64,000 nucleotides of DNA from Tubulanus polymorphus. Lineage: Eukaryota; Animalia; Nemertea. Below, in pieces: positions 13,801 to 27,900 of the stretch. The notes under the pieces were generated by a model. The model made no database searches. It was not told the origin of the DNA and worked only from the letters and a program-made list of their open reading frames with translations. Numbering within the stretch: the first letter of the stretch is position 1; each line of letters starts with the position of its first letter. The position numbers and the translations under genes are program-made. Where the stretch lies: positions 2,875,950 through 2,939,949 of the forward strand of contig NC_134026.1 of assembly GCF_964204645.1 (NCBI RefSeq). Direction: 5' to 3'.

Positions 13801-16800
13801 GTCAATTACACATATATGGACAATGTCCATCTTGTTCTAACCTTTGCATCGATTGCATCCATTTTCCTTTTGTTTATCCTACTTGCAGTTCTTCTCGTGT
13901 TCTCTCTGGTCAAAGGCTCTTCTTTGCCACGTCCGAAATAGTTGTCGAGAAAGCTTTCGAGATTTTCGATTCTACCGCCCAGTTCGAACAGGTTAACAGG
14001 TTTTCCAAACACGTCTATCGTAAGGTTTACGGAAGCTGACCGGGGTAATAACGACTGTGGTGACCACATCAAGTTCGAGTCTAACTTCGCGCCCATGTTC
14101 AGCAGCTTTGAATACGACGAGGCGGCATAATTTCGGGAGAACTTCCTTTTGTCGAAGTCAGCGAGTTTGGCTAGATTCTTGTCGCGGATAATGGATCGTA
14201 CTTGGGATCGGAACGGGAAATAAGGCTCATTCATCAGATTTACCAAGTGACTCCAGATATATGAGCTAACCTAGAATTTACCATTAATATTACACTGCAT
14301 GAATATTACACTTTCGTATACGACGATTCATTGGGTCGGAGGAGTAATCTATTTCAATTGCTAACCTGATTGACTTGTTCAGTTTCCAGGACCTGTTTGA
14401 TGACACGTAATGTCTCATCGGATGGGCAGTTCATCAGAGCCAGATAGGCGTTCATCCTCACTTCAGCATCAGTTTCTTGGTGTCTTAGAATATTGATCAG
14501 TACTTGACGCTATTTCAAAATATGAATGAAGCACAGACTTTTGATTTTGATGAATTATACATATATCTTTGATTTCAGTAGTTGTTACATCGACAACTTA
14601 GTCAACTTTTACTCGTAGTTTTGCCAAACTCACGTGTTTGCACGGTAGACGATGCGTTGCTTGTATTGCGGCTACTTTTGTTTCCGCATCAGCTTCAGCG
14701 CTCGTGGCACATGCTAATAACACTTGTTCGGATTCTGGGTCTCCTATATTGCCGAGACCTTTCACCGACAGAATTAGCTACATCGGATATAAGTGACAAA
14801 AAAGCAATTATTGTTCCTTTAGATTCTCATTTAAATGGAGAAAACATTTATTAGACACCTATTAAGTTAAGCTAGATGTACCTTTTCTCTTTCAGATTCC
14901 TCAGTCGACGCTCGACAACTAGGCGAAATGTTTCCGCGTAATTGTCTGACGATGGCTTTGACTTCAGATGAGGTTGAGGCGTCTTCTTGGCTCTTTCGCA
15001 TTTGGTAAACCATGGCTGTTACGGGCAATATGGCCACTTTCATGGTGCGAGGACTGGACAATAACGGCTGTTGTAGAAAAATTTTTAGACGAATTCATTG
15101 ATGCACCAGGTGCCGCAAAAGTTACATATGTAAATTTTCTTGGACTTAGAAATGACAAATTTTTTCATTTCCTTCTTAAAACTATAGGACTAGCGAACTA
15201 CATTTAAACAAACAACTTATTCAGATACATCTTTTTCTTTTGTAGTTTTTAGAAAACTGAAATTACCGCCACAAGGTTAACCATCTGTTTTGTGGGTTTT
15301 GGAATCAGCGCCAAACTCGTCAGCCAAATGCCTCGTTGGGTGCCGCTTCTCACGTGGCCGGATATCAACGATTCGACCATGACCTTTATAGATGTCGGCG
15401 TTGCAACCATAGGAAGCGCATCATGGAAGATTTTCCTGAATTTCATAGATATAAATTCCATAAAATGTTCATTATATGATTTGGAACACTCGTGTATGGA
15501 TTTGTTTTTGGATGTCAAAACAATAGCAAAACAATGAATATAAAAAAATTGAAACAGGAAACAAGCTTGTCAATATGAATAGGATATTTTGAGTTAGTAC
15601 TTCCTGTTCAGGTCGATTTATTTAGTTTTCCGCGTAATCTTAAGGACTCAATCAATCGACAAGGATATTGATAATCAATTATTTATGGTAGATTGTTATT
15701 GATGAAATGTCTTGTTCATATTAATGGCAGATGTCAAAATCGATGATCGGTATTAGCAATGAAAATTCAAAATAAGGAACTTCTAAATTCTTTATCCCAC
15801 TCGATTACATTGTGTAAATCGAATATATCAAATGTCATTAAATACTTCATTATCAGAAAAGTCAAACCTTGCTTTGCTGTGCAGAGCATGGCTGTAACAG
15901 ATTCCTGTGTCGACTTGTGAATGAAGCAATTTCAGTTCGTCATAATCGCATCGTTTCAGAAGATTGGTGAGTTTAGCGAACATTTCCGGGTCTTGGGGGC
16001 GAATGTCGGTTCTTCCGCACCCGAGGGACCGAATGAGTTCACGGGCTTCGTGTGCATAGAAAGAAACGACCGTGTTGCCTTCTTTAGAATGGTCGAAAGT
16101 AAGGGGTAAACGCTTGGAAACTTCGTCTGAAAATTAATTGTATAGAGGTAACTTATAAAATCTCGTATCGTATCAAAGTTATTTGTCTTATTTCAAAGGT
16201 CTTATCAAATTAACCCATTCGAATAACGAGTTTTGCGTACATGATGGGATTTCTGTTCCCTGACGTTTTCTCAGAAACTTCAAAGATTGTTTAATGTGCG
16301 TCGTTGCTCCGTTTTTGCCGCGTGAGAATGGTTGGAACTTGTGGGTTTCTTCGCATTGGACTTTAACAATGTGGCCATCTCGGTTGATTTCCTGAACGCA
16401 GTTGTGTTTTCCTTCTATGATAGGTCTTGACTTGATCTCGTGTGACGACGGGGTTGCCTTCACCGGGCTCGAAACATCGTGACGTTCGTCGCAACTTTCC
16501 AGATTCTTTGATTTCTTGATTACTAAGTTCTCGCCACGTGTTCCCAGTGATGAATATTTGGTATCGCATTTTCCTGTCACATCAGTCTTAAAAGAAAAGT
16601 TTCTGTTTTTTTTCTATGATTTGTAAATAGATTCTGCATTTCTTAGCATGCCAATCCGTTAGAATAGCATTTTCACGAATATACAAATCGAAATACTTTT
16701 TTCTAAAAATAACTGACGTTTTACTTAGATTTTGCCTAATTCAAGCAGAAACAATGATTGGGGTAACACCATTTTCCTTTTCGTATTTTACTTGCCTCTT

Positions 16801-18609
16801 TGACGGAAATCCGATCGTGGAATTTGGTAGGCGAAAACTGTATCGTTGAGAGAATACCACGTTTGACATTAAGTACCCAAGGTTTCTCTTCTGTCGAAGG
16901 ACAAATGGCTTCGATATGGCCGTCTTGGAACGAAAAAGGCAAAGATCTGGCTTCAAGGGCAGCCTTGAACTCACGCAATGCCGGTGAGGTGATCGTTCTC
17001 GACGGATCATTAGGATCGCTCTCCGTTAAATGGACATCCCGTAACTGAAAGTCAATTTGGAACTTGCTAAAACAATGTATTGCAAAATGTATACTCAATG
17101 CTTCGTGAATTGAATATAACTATACTAAGTATAGCTGTACGCTGAATACAACGAGATATTGATAGTGATTTGTAGGTTAACCTTTTTATTTGACGCACGA
17201 GCTTTCGCTACTAATGAATAGTAGTAACTTCATCTTTCACCCGAAGAAGCTACATTACATTAGTAGCGAAAGCTCGTGCGTCAAATAAACTAGTTATCTA
17301 GATAATTGCTCGTAGATCTTATAAAGTAGTATTCGTCCCGTTGTATTCATTATACATCAGGTTAACACGACTCCTCTACGAATCCGTACATAATGTTACG
17401 ATACAAAATAATCGTTATAACACAAAATAAGAAAGAGTAAGTAACGTGTAATTATTTTTCTATGTGTCCTAAAAAGTCTCGAATGTTAATGAAAAAGTTG
17501 TTTTTCAATGGTGCGTTTTTTCACTGTATTTTACCGTCATTATCATTTCACATGGTACAACGACCCCGATGTGTACGGCCGCCCGGATGTGAATTTTCGA
17601 CTGTTTATTGCTTGTTTCGTGTAGACGCGTCACAGTGTCAGACTCGTGTAGGTATTCATAAGTTGAACCTGTCTCGTATCTGAATTTGTTCGCCGCTAAA
17701 TATAGCAAGAAGAAGTTATTACGGTGGGTTTGGGCATACAACCAAAAATAAACATAGCATCAAACAAAATCAATTTACAAAATAAAAAAAAGGACAATTA
17801 TTTCCTATTTCAAGATGAATAGAAAACATAGAATGAATATTACAGTCGTTTCTATTTGTTGTCTTTAAATGGAGAAATATATCGTGGTAAATATCAAAAC
17901 TTTATGTAATTGTTCGAGCTACTTGTTGCCCCTACGAACCCTCTATGTTGGTAAAGTCAATCGCAGCTTTATTAGATTTGAATGTTGCGCAATGAAAAAA
18001 TAATAAATCTATAAAACCGATATCATAATCTTAATGTTGTACAAGGCTAAAACTGTCTGAAGTGGTTGTTTGTTAGAAATCAGTACATGTACTTACCAAC
18101 ACACGACCTTGCGCATTTCGCTTCTTGATATCGATTTACATGGATAGGACCTTAAAGTAGATGTTATCTTTGCATGAAATTTTGCTTTTATCACTTATTA
18201 TGAATAAATTCATAACAGTTGTATTGAGTCCTCTTTTTCATGAAAGTTTCTAGACTGCTCTCAGCTTAACGTCCATTGAAATAGGAGAAAACGTTAGTTC
18301 ATTTTACTAGTGTCGATTATCATCAATCTTTAAGCCAAACAAACATATTCTACACGGTATGGAGTTTCGGTTTAATCATCGTCATCTGTTCCACCCAGTT
18401 TTACAACATACAATTATCATTGTAAGAAAACCCAAACCCGCTTTTCCAGCAAATCTCTGATAAAATAATTTCAACGACTTTCATATACCGGGTATTCTAA
18501 AGTTACGAAAATTAGACTTGTAAAGTAAATCATATATGTTTTAAGTCTTACCTGCCAGAGTCCCGGCTACGAAAGCAGCCAAAAGTACGGAAAGCCTCAT
18601 GTCAACCAT
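1848..18609 (-). CDS. Apolipophorin / ApoB-like large lipid transfer protein (LLTP) precursor, ~35 exons: Vitellogenin_N (LPD-N), DUF1943/DUF1081-like region, long beta-rich region, vWD, C8-like and C-terminal vWA-like domains
   Basis: Exon 1 (18552-18609) encodes signal peptide MVDMRLSVLLAAFVAGTLA followed by GTAAG. Exon 2 (18097-18150) reads GPIHVNRYQEAKCARSCV. LLTP hallmarks are read across splice junctions: FRYETGSTYEY, WVLNVKRGILS, VKE|TDVTGKCDTKY, VKGLGNIG, EVRMNAYLALMNCP...EQVNQ|VSSYIWSHL, FSRNY, LPRSASVNLTIDVFGKPVNLFELGGRIENLE. The vWD domain has HFITFDKKYYELAGKCSYVLAKDF and YHGRTAGLMGTFDNE. The C-terminus has SADVIFVVEEKPCN, YGLVGYGG and CQKCTC...CHPC. The largest exon is ~6903-10535. 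The final exon(s) below 1848 are not resolved; AATAAA on the minus strand lies near 893 and 1150. Confidence 0.93.
6903..10535 (-). CDS. Giant 3.6-kb internal exon of the apolipophorin-like gene (beta-rich region with recurring TP[F/Y/L/W/I] motifs)
   Basis: ORF 6880..10566 (1228 aa) is bounded by a CAG acceptor near 10536 and a CAG|GTTGGT donor near 6903. It lies between the other exons of the same gene. Confidence 0.88.
17143..17349. mobile_element. Intronic foldback/MITE-like element with a perfect 32-bp inverted repeat
   Basis: 17185-17216 (TTTATTTGACGCACGAGCTTTCGCTACTAATG) is the exact reverse complement of 17258-17289, with a 41-nt spacer. An outer inverted pair TGAATACAACG (17143-17153) / CGTTGTATTCA (17339-17349) flanks it. 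Confidence 0.7.
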
Positions 18610-18780
18610 GCTGACTGACAGGCTGGCTTCTATTGAATTTTTGTTTTATCTGCGACTTCCTTTTGTAGCCTACAAGGTGCTTGATTTGGAATCAAAGTTC
18701 GCGATATTTTCGCTTACGCAGTTGAATGCGTGTTTGTTTCGTTTATATCAAGATGACCCGTGCGTGCAAAGTGTCTAATT
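18610..18780 (-). promoter_or_regulatory. Putative core promoter of the apolipophorin-like gene
   Basis: On the minus strand an Inr-like TCAGTC lies just 5' of the ATG and GATAAAA lies ~30 nt further upstream (~18645-18651). CAAAGT(T/G) nuclear-receptor-like motifs occur near 18693 and 18767. The motifs are short, so this is inference only. Confidence 0.3.
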
Positions 18781-21700
18781 TTTTTTTCTTCTAAATCTTT
18801 CTATCGATAATGTTAGAAAAATACACGATACAATTTGCCAAGAAATAGAATAACGCACTTTCAATCACTGGAGGTAAAACCCGTCTACTTGCAAACTAAA
18901 CACCGAGTAGTGTGAAGCCAATTGGAATTAGATCCTTCATGGTGTTTAGACAAGAACTCAGCCACGTGAATTCTCTATATTTCTTCTGGCATTTCACTAT
19001 CAAATTTGTAAAAAGGCCTTTTGATACGCAGGATATAAGAATCACATATGACAAGAAATGCATGGAAATACATTTTGGGAGGGAATCAAAAGTCCTCCAA
19101 AGCCATGATAACCAATGAAAGTCGCCACAGTTGTTGGTAATTCATCGTAGATATCCGAGTCTATGACGATATGGCAGTATACGAATATTTTATTACATCG
19201 CTAATTCATTAGAATAGATTACAAAACATTTATCAGTGTAAAAAAAAGGATGCCCATTTTTCATGATCTCTTTTCGAATGAAGGTAGAACGAAACGTGGA
19301 GTATAGGGTTGAATGAGTATAAGTGGCCATTAGGAAGTACACTGGTCATTGAGTACCTCGTAATCTAAGAACTGTTTGGATACTGTGTTTCATTAGGTGC
19401 GAACAAATCGAAATTAAACGATAAACCACGAAAAAAGAGTGCAATTCAATCCAAAACAGGCCTCTTAACGGTTTTATCTTCAAACTTTGTCACAATGTTT
19501 GTCATTCAGTTTCAAATTCGTGTTGGAATCAGATGATTAAATGACAATGTGTTGTTTTAGTAATCTAGAAAAAATGTTGCATTTGCTTTGATATTTTGAT
19601 AAGAATACATCGGAATCAGCTTTGAATTCCGTAGAAATTGTGGAGAAAGGCAGCAATTTACATATAAATTTATCGAAATGCTTTTCGAAGGGTTTTTCAA
19701 CTTATTTCATATTCTTAACCTCCATTAGAAGAAATATAAGATGGAATTAAGCGTAAGCTTTCAATCAACCTGAAATAAGAGTTTGTACAGCAAAAACAAC
19801 ATTTTCATTATTTCCTGTCGTTATTAGAAACGACTGTTAGATAGTAAAAAAGTAACGAATATCAATTACGAGTTGATAGTAAAATATCCACATCAAAACG
19901 TGGGGAATAGATTGTTTAATAAAATCACACTATGTGTGAATGTAGATGCGTCACCTGACGATGATCTCTAGAGAAAGTCGTGGGGTGTCCTCCGTTTCTA
20001 AATTTTTAATTTTTGAATTTATATGCTATGCTTTTAAATCTATTCAAGGTGAGTTTTTGTATCATATCATTTACAATTTCTTTGAACGATCAGACTTCGA
20101 ACTTGATAGCGAGATTTTTGGAGAAAACGTAGGCGTTTGCCCGTGATACAGAGGATTAGCGCTTGCAGGGTTCGTGCACGCGTCCATCACGCGTCATACC
20201 TCGCCGTTCTAAAACCACTTTCTAACATAAAAGCCAGTCATTACGTATGAATAATGAATGCGGTTTCGTGAAAAGATAAATGCACGGTCTACCGTAAAGC
20301 TTTGTCTTTTCTATATATGACTATAAACGATGGGAATAAGCGTAATGTGTATACGTGGCACAATCAACGAATAGCTGGGCCTCGAATGATCTATATACAT
20401 ACATCTAACAAAGGGCCCGCTTCTGTAAATGCGACCCTGGCAAGCGTAGGTGTGAGATCGAACCAGAATGTCCGTTGGTAATTTCAAATGAATTTTAAGA
20501 TTAGAATCCTGATATTGTCTCCAGATTCGAAACGACAAAAACGAATAGAAATAGCCTAAGAACAACAGTAGTCTATTTTAAAGAGTTGGTTTCAGAGAAA
20601 TGAGTCCATGCCCATGTTTGCTGGTCCAAATATTTACGCTCAGGCAGCCATCGATGATATGCATTTTCTATCAACCAGGTTCACAACCCGTATAGTAACT
20701 GCTTTATTTTGTGCATATATGTATATATAATTACAGAGAGCTTTTAATTAAATATTAATGAACCATACAAAAATGCACGCTTGAGAAATGAATGCACGCC
20801 GTGGTTGATGATTACCAGGCAATCATCAACCAGTTTTTATAATTCACATTCGTTTCGATAGTGCACTTTCGACTGAATATCACGGTGTATATGATATTTG
20901 TAGATAAGCAGTTTCAAGGGATAAGCAGTTTCAAGGGATACAAACGTATAGAATAGAATATTAGAATCATTTTATGAAATCTGAACTTTAGAAGGAATGA
21001 ATTAGTACCAAAGTTCTTTGAAACGATAAACATGTTAGATCTATTTGCGACCTTGACAAAATCACCCGCCACGAGCCGAGAACTCTGCGTCCGCATTATT
21101 CGGCTCGTCTGCGGGAACCTTAACTTATTGCACCACGTTTAGCCAGTGGAAAGCACTCAACATATCCATGGCCACCCTCTTAATTGAATCGCACCATGTA
21201 CACGTTTCGATACCTATGTGCAGAGGAGGTAATTATTAATGATGTTACCTATCTATTATCGTATTTATATTATATATTGAATATCGATATAGATTCACAG
21301 TAAAGCGTTTTAAGTCGTACAACTGTCGCACTGCGATAGAAGACTTACGTAATTACCCTTACTACATCGGCTACATGGCCCTGCGGGTTTGGTCAATTGT
21401 TAATGAGTTCGATGGCTTCTAAAGATACGATAATTGTTGATCACTGTTGCTCTACTATGAGTTTGCAGTTCATCATAAATTAGATTTCTGAAGTTGCGGT
21501 CATTATGTATATAAATACTACGACCATAAACTCAGCACGATGGCCGCAAGAAGTAGTATCTCACTAATGTACCGGTGCAAGATTGAATGGTCACATTTTG
21601 ACTCAATTCTCTGAGTTTTGTGTGTCATGTTTATTTCGTGTGTTTATTCACTACTGATGAATTCATCTTCGCGTTCGTCTTTTGGATCCAGTGTATTCAC

Positions 21701-21807
21701 ATTTTCTTTTCGGGGTGTTATGTAAACCTGTTTGTCGAACAGTGTCATTCGACTAAAAACGCCTGATGATTCACTCGCAGTGTAGAAGTTGATGTTTGAT
21801 TTGCAGG

Positions 21808-21982
21808 CAGCTGGCGGCGGCAGTAGAGCACGCTGCTCCCGTGAGAACGCAACACGCCGATATTCACTCGTGTCACCGGGATCCCAAATCGGACTGTTCC
21901 TGATATACTAAGGTTGATGATGTTTTTTGCCAGTTTATTTCATTTGTTGAAACAATCTAATCGTGGAAGGAATCAGTGAAAT
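21808..21982 (+). other. Possible 5' non-coding exon of the tincar-like gene
   Basis: A GC-richer island bounded by TTTGCAG (21801-21807) and T|GTAAGT (21983), with no ORF. Not verifiable without RNA data. Confidence 0.25.
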
Positions 21983-24900
21983 GTAAGTAGTAAAGACATA
22001 ATTTGTATTCGTGATTATTGAATTCAAGTGTTCATTCTCATCTTGGATAGATTTTAGCCTTGGCTATCACCTATCCAAAATAAACTTAAAAGTAAATTTT
22101 GTTTCTGATATTGGATAGTATTGACATTCATGTTGTATTCTCTTTTTGCTCTAAGCAAAGCACTTGTTAGCAATAAAATATATTCTATTCTATTCTTATT
22201 AGACACGATTCTGGGCGGCTTCGATCGCGCCAGATATTTTAGGCATCATTACCCTTAACAACGTTATGTAATAGCAATCTATGAAGATGGATTTTTCAAC
22301 CTTCAAGGCATGACACTTTTAATCTGTCGTACGCTCTCGTAGGCGTACTTCATGATTATATCTACCTGAAAGCGATTAATGTTTTTAGTCGGCGTGACTA
22401 TATAACTGCTAGGTATATACCGGTATTTACTTCCGTATTCTGGTTAATGATCCTTCTTAAAAAGAGATCTTCTTATCAATATAGCATCGTGATATTATAT
22501 TCGATGATCTCTCCTGGGATGGCGGGATTCGCCGTTCATGTTTATGCATTCTCAAAATGAAGTTTTTAGAAGATTTGAACATGTATCAATGCCACAATGT
22601 GAACATGAAAGATGCTCCATTTATACATGCCTAGGGGTCTACTCATTTTTTTTAGGAAACCGGATTGTAAGGTATATGTCATAGTGAAGTGGGTGTGTCA
22701 TCGTAATCGTCTGGTGCCCGAGGCCGAGACATTCAAATATGAATCACTCTCCCCAACAGAAAACTAATTCTATCTCGAAAGACTCGAGACTGTTGAATTG
22801 TCGATACTCCATTATTCAATGGTAGCTTCAAATTGTCACACTATAACATCGTGTAGTACTTTCATCCAGTTAACACGAAGCATTAAGTTACATTCTCCTT
22901 CCTACTAGACTGTTGACATTTGTCCCAATCTCAACATCTGACCTCGTCTGGATATTTACTTCTTTTCCTCCCGTCTGCCTCTCACTGTCTCCGTCTCTGA
23001 CAACTTTCTCATTAACAGTCGATGATTTATGCTTTGATTCCGTGTCCACAATTTACGTACAGCCTGCGTAATGTTTGCGAACGTGTTGATTCGAACATAT
23101 TGATCGTGTAAAGTGATAATATTTAGACAAGTGTCTTATGTTAATATCCTGTTACTGATCTGATTTCGTCAAGTATAAATACAACGCGAAATATTTTGAA
23201 AGAACACTTTTCTCATTTCCGCGCTTATTTTGAACGAGGGTTTATGGTAATGATTAAGTTCAGACCTCAGCTCTCGGCGAAACGACAGTGCTGCTCCTTC
23301 AGAAACACTTTGGTTTGGACACATCATATTAAAAAGAAGTTTTACTTCATCAATGCATTTATGTAATTTTAGTTTCATGTTGTTGATTAATAATTAACTG
23401 AAAATGATTGACACCCCGGTTTTAATTAGTCACTTTAAAATCAATAAGGATGACACACGTGACACACACTATGTATATCATTTATGGTCATATACAGCTT
23501 CATTATCACAGCGATACACCCTTTTATGAGTCACGTGTATTTGGACCCGATCTCGCCTCTAGAAAGTGGGCTACAGGGGCTCTCATTTTGTCCCCACACT
23601 GGACAGGAAATTAATAGATGAGACACGCGAATATGTTCGAATTGTCTACGTTATTGGCCTCAGGGGATTTATTCTAACCACCTATAGATGTTTAATTATA
23701 TCGTGTCCACAAGTATTCCCAGTTATGAATTCGAAACTACAATGCATCTATTATATACGTATTCTATACGTCGACTGGTAACTCTGTGTTAAGGTCGTTC
23801 GTTGCTTCCGTCCGAGGAAGAGCAGAAATTCTTCCACATTTTACCGAACAAAATATAGTGAAATGAAAAATAATTCTGTCTCGAGTTTTTGTCACATTTT
23901 CTCGGATGAGATGAAAAGATCTATCGTCCGGGAAAACAGATGCAATTAGCGGTTCGCCCTTTTTTGCATTCAATTGCCTGGAGGGAAAAACGGATTAACT
24001 AGTTATTATAAAAAGTGCACAATGGAAGAGAGATTGCCTCAATTGCGAGATTAGATGATAATCAGTTAAAAACATAAATCCTGGAGCATTCTTTTTCTCA
24101 TTTAATAAGACATTCAAAACTTGTTAAATCCGATGTGATTATTTATATCATACTCTGCAATATTTTAAAATTTAGCACGATCACCTTTATGGGGTTTTTT
24201 AGTTTGTCGTGTAAATGATAATACACACATTATTCAATTACCTCCCTCTTCAAAAATATAGCAATCTCGATATTGTTGTACACATGATGTCCGAGGTTTT
24301 GTGTTTCTCTATTATATGACAGATATTGGAGTGGCAACAAATGCACAATGTACCGGGTGTTTTTAATAGATCTGGGCGCTTCAAATAGATTGACACAATG
24401 TAAAATCTGTTGAATATTGTATGCAATATCCGACATATAGAATTTTTGCATGCATAATGCTTAATACGATGATGCATAGTGGCTTGATAGTTGGTCAAAC
24501 ATAATCAAACGCCTCTATCCTTTGCCGCACCTTGGTACCTGTTCAAAACTAATGAGGGCTCAAATGTAACATGTTCAGTTGAAACTATGTTGACCAAACA
24601 TATTTTCCATCTCATATGAGAATTCAGTTAGACCCTGGGCATGTTGGTTGTTTCCTAACAGTACTGCTAAGCGATGCAAGTATATATGTCGTCGAAGTGC
24701 TTAAAAAACTCAATTTCAAAATCTAGGGCTTCCAACAACCATTCAATATGTATAAGCGTGTGATATCTCTGGGCGGCATTGGGGTAATGTCCCCTTAAGG
24801 CTGGCTTATGTCGACAAGCAACGCGACGCCTACCGACGCAACTGGGTTTATCGCCGATTAGCGGCAACTAGCGACCTACGAGAGGCCGCCAGTTGCTCCT

Positions 24901-27900
24901 CAATCGGCCAGCTAGAAAAATGATGCAGTTGCTGCCGAACCGGCATGTGTCCTCGCTTAGAATTGGAGCGAAGTGTACTTCAAATTCCGCCATCGCCTTA
25001 ATTACAATAGATAATGCTCGTCGGTGACGTTATATTATCTTTCACAGCATGCAGAGAAATTTCATTTAATGAATGTTGTCTATAATGTATAACTATGGGG
25101 CGGGTGTCAATGAGGATGTGTCGTGAGTACGACGTTAAGAGATGGTGCATCTTTGTCCGGTCTAATTCGTACTCGAAACGCCCTCACTTCAAAATCATTC
25201 TCATTGCATAATCAAGAATTAATGTATCTTTCAAATACTCGTAATATTTTGATGTGTCAATTAGCAGTATTATTAGCACTCGATATTCATCTATATCTCG
25301 TATAGCATCTGTCTCAATTGAAATCTCAAATAATTCGATGAGTCTAAACCGGCGATTGCATATTTTCTCAATGATTGTATTCATTCTGATAAGGACGAAA
25401 CGGTCGATTCTTTTATGATAGCATTTTCGTGCGATGCAAGCAGGTGTATTTCCTATACCATGCTGATCTATATACGACGTAATATGACATCTTAAACCGG
25501 AATGGGAGGCTAATTTCATTTCATTTCATTCACGAAACAAAAAGTAGATTTAGGAGAAATCTGTCCACATACTCTGATAATGGAATAGTTTACCTGTATA
25601 TAGTGATAGAATATAATTTGATGTTGAAACCACGTGAATGATGTCGTGACACCCGCTATAATTCTCATATCAACTCATTGTACAAATAGATATATAAGCC
25701 ACCAATCTGTACACTTAATGTAAAATCATGGAGTTTTAGTAATAAACGCAAATATTGAATAATTGCGTAATCTGTTTTGAATATCATTAAACTATGCGAA
25801 TCAAACACATGAATGACTTATTAAAATATGCGAGCACGTGAGACGTGTCTTATCGGCTACCGTATCGGCGTGAATTTCACGTGGCTTCGCTTAATGAATT
25901 CCCGTGAGAATTGTATTTTCTAGTTTTGTAAATTCTCGCCGCATAAAGAATCGCAAGTTTAAGATCGTTTCTGATCAAAATTAAGATACCGAGATTCTGC
26001 ATACATATCCTACCAGTAGAAATGAGCTATATATATATATCGCAAAGATTGATCAGACCCGATTTCACTCATTCTAAGCAGGCTGACGTTTTGTACCGCG
26101 ATTTTGTTTATAATATCAATGATTTATGAAATGTTCATTAAACGTACACGCGCCGTGTTGTTGTCGACAGGACAATCGCCTGGTGCCGCCCCGGTATATA
26201 TACTGAAAGCTACAAGCTGGTGCTGCATGCAATCGCCATTGATTCTAGCTTTTCGATTCCCACCTCCCGAAAAACACAGTATTTCATCTCAAATAAGGGA
26301 CTAATTCGAAGAATTTCGTATGAACTATTTCGAGGATTATCACAATAATTGGTCTATGGTAAGGGAATCTAAAATATATATTTATGTACAATATTTTATC
26401 ATGCAATAGATTGTATTGATATTTCAGCTTGCGTGGCGCAGGTGATCACTTATTTCATAGTGTACATAAACAGTACATCAATGGTTAACAACGAGATAAG
26501 CCGGTTTATGATTAAGCTTTAGTCGACTAATAACTCCAATGGGAAGTTATCAATGTTGATGTTAGTTTATATCAAAAAGTATATTTCCAAGATGCAACAT
26601 GAAGAAATGCATAATACTGTATGGCGTATAGAAAAACCTGAAGATAATCCGAGTATTTGCACTTGTTATAATGTATTTGCAACTTAAAAAGTATTTTAAC
26701 AGTAAACATATCTGTCATATTCTAAAAACTGTCCTGAGTGCACTGCTACCCGAAAGTTACTGTGCGGCAAGGTACACATTTTTGCTTGGAATGATGTTGG
26801 ATGTTCCGACTTAACCATTGAATTATATGACTGAGTCTTCTCTGGTGGAATATGCTGGCAATTTTATCATCTTGATGAGTGTTTTGTTTGATTGCGATAA
26901 GAACCGAACGTCAACATGAATACGCAAATACGTGCTGTGCTAGACGCATTCAACTAGTGTCCCATAGTGGTTCCATCGCGTCACAGCTTGCCCCTTGAAG
27001 TATCTCACTGAATTCATGATTCTAAAAACTGATAGTTGGCTAAACAAAGAATCTAATTTGAGACATAAAAAGACAAAAAAAACCTTCGTCAAGCTAAATT
27101 ATTTTTGAGCTCATAGTCTTACAACAAAAGTCGAGACATCCACCTGGGATAGAGCTTAGGGCAACACGAGCTCAGATGATTCTGTTTACTGTCTATCACG
27201 TAGAACAGGTTATTGTTGAAGAGAGAATGTATTATTGTGATAGGTACGGCCGGGCTAATTCTGAGAGTGTCACATATGTTTTACAGCAGTCGCGAAAACG
27301 TCATGGAACACCGCGGTTTTTGTGTCGGATGCGCGACATCTGCAGCCGCGTGCGCGTCCTGGTTCGAGTTGGCTAGTTCCCATTGTATAAACATCGCTAA
27401 GCGCTACCGCTAAATGACTTTGTTGTCCGGGTGCGGACAATAGTATTTAATAGTACAACTTATGCGGACGTCTATTATTAACTAATGATATATAACTAAA
27501 ATGAATAGAAAGCTTCCCTGCAGCGAAATATACTCTCGCTATTCAGCCGATTCATTCCTGACGTCTGGGTTTTGATAGCGTAACGATTTTTTCTGAATCC
27601 ATAACTTTTTCACATTATAAGTGGGCGCCATATTTGGAGGGTTCCTAACGGTTTCACATTACATCACTACGAATATACGCTTATTATTGGTTGGACGATA
27701 TCCGTTTAATTACTGAAATAGAGTAAATAATGTAATCTGTTTATAGTACTCTATGAATCATTGTTATTCCCGTAAATAGCAAAATGTTCTAATATTTACA
27801 CCAGTCTTGATTCCGATCTGAATACGGCAAGATTATAAATGCTTGAATGGATCTTAATAACCCGAGACGCTCCGGTTCTATAGAATAAAGTAAGAAGAAA

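Noticed and set aside
20903-20940. 17-bp tandem duplication (also the 18-bp direct repeat at ~29531/29565)
   Set aside because: Ordinary slippage-type micro-duplications with no sign of function.
24790-24910. GC-rich segment starting TAAGGCTGGCTTAT as a Harbinger-type MITE
   Set aside because: No matching second terminus was found in the window, so it cannot be supported.
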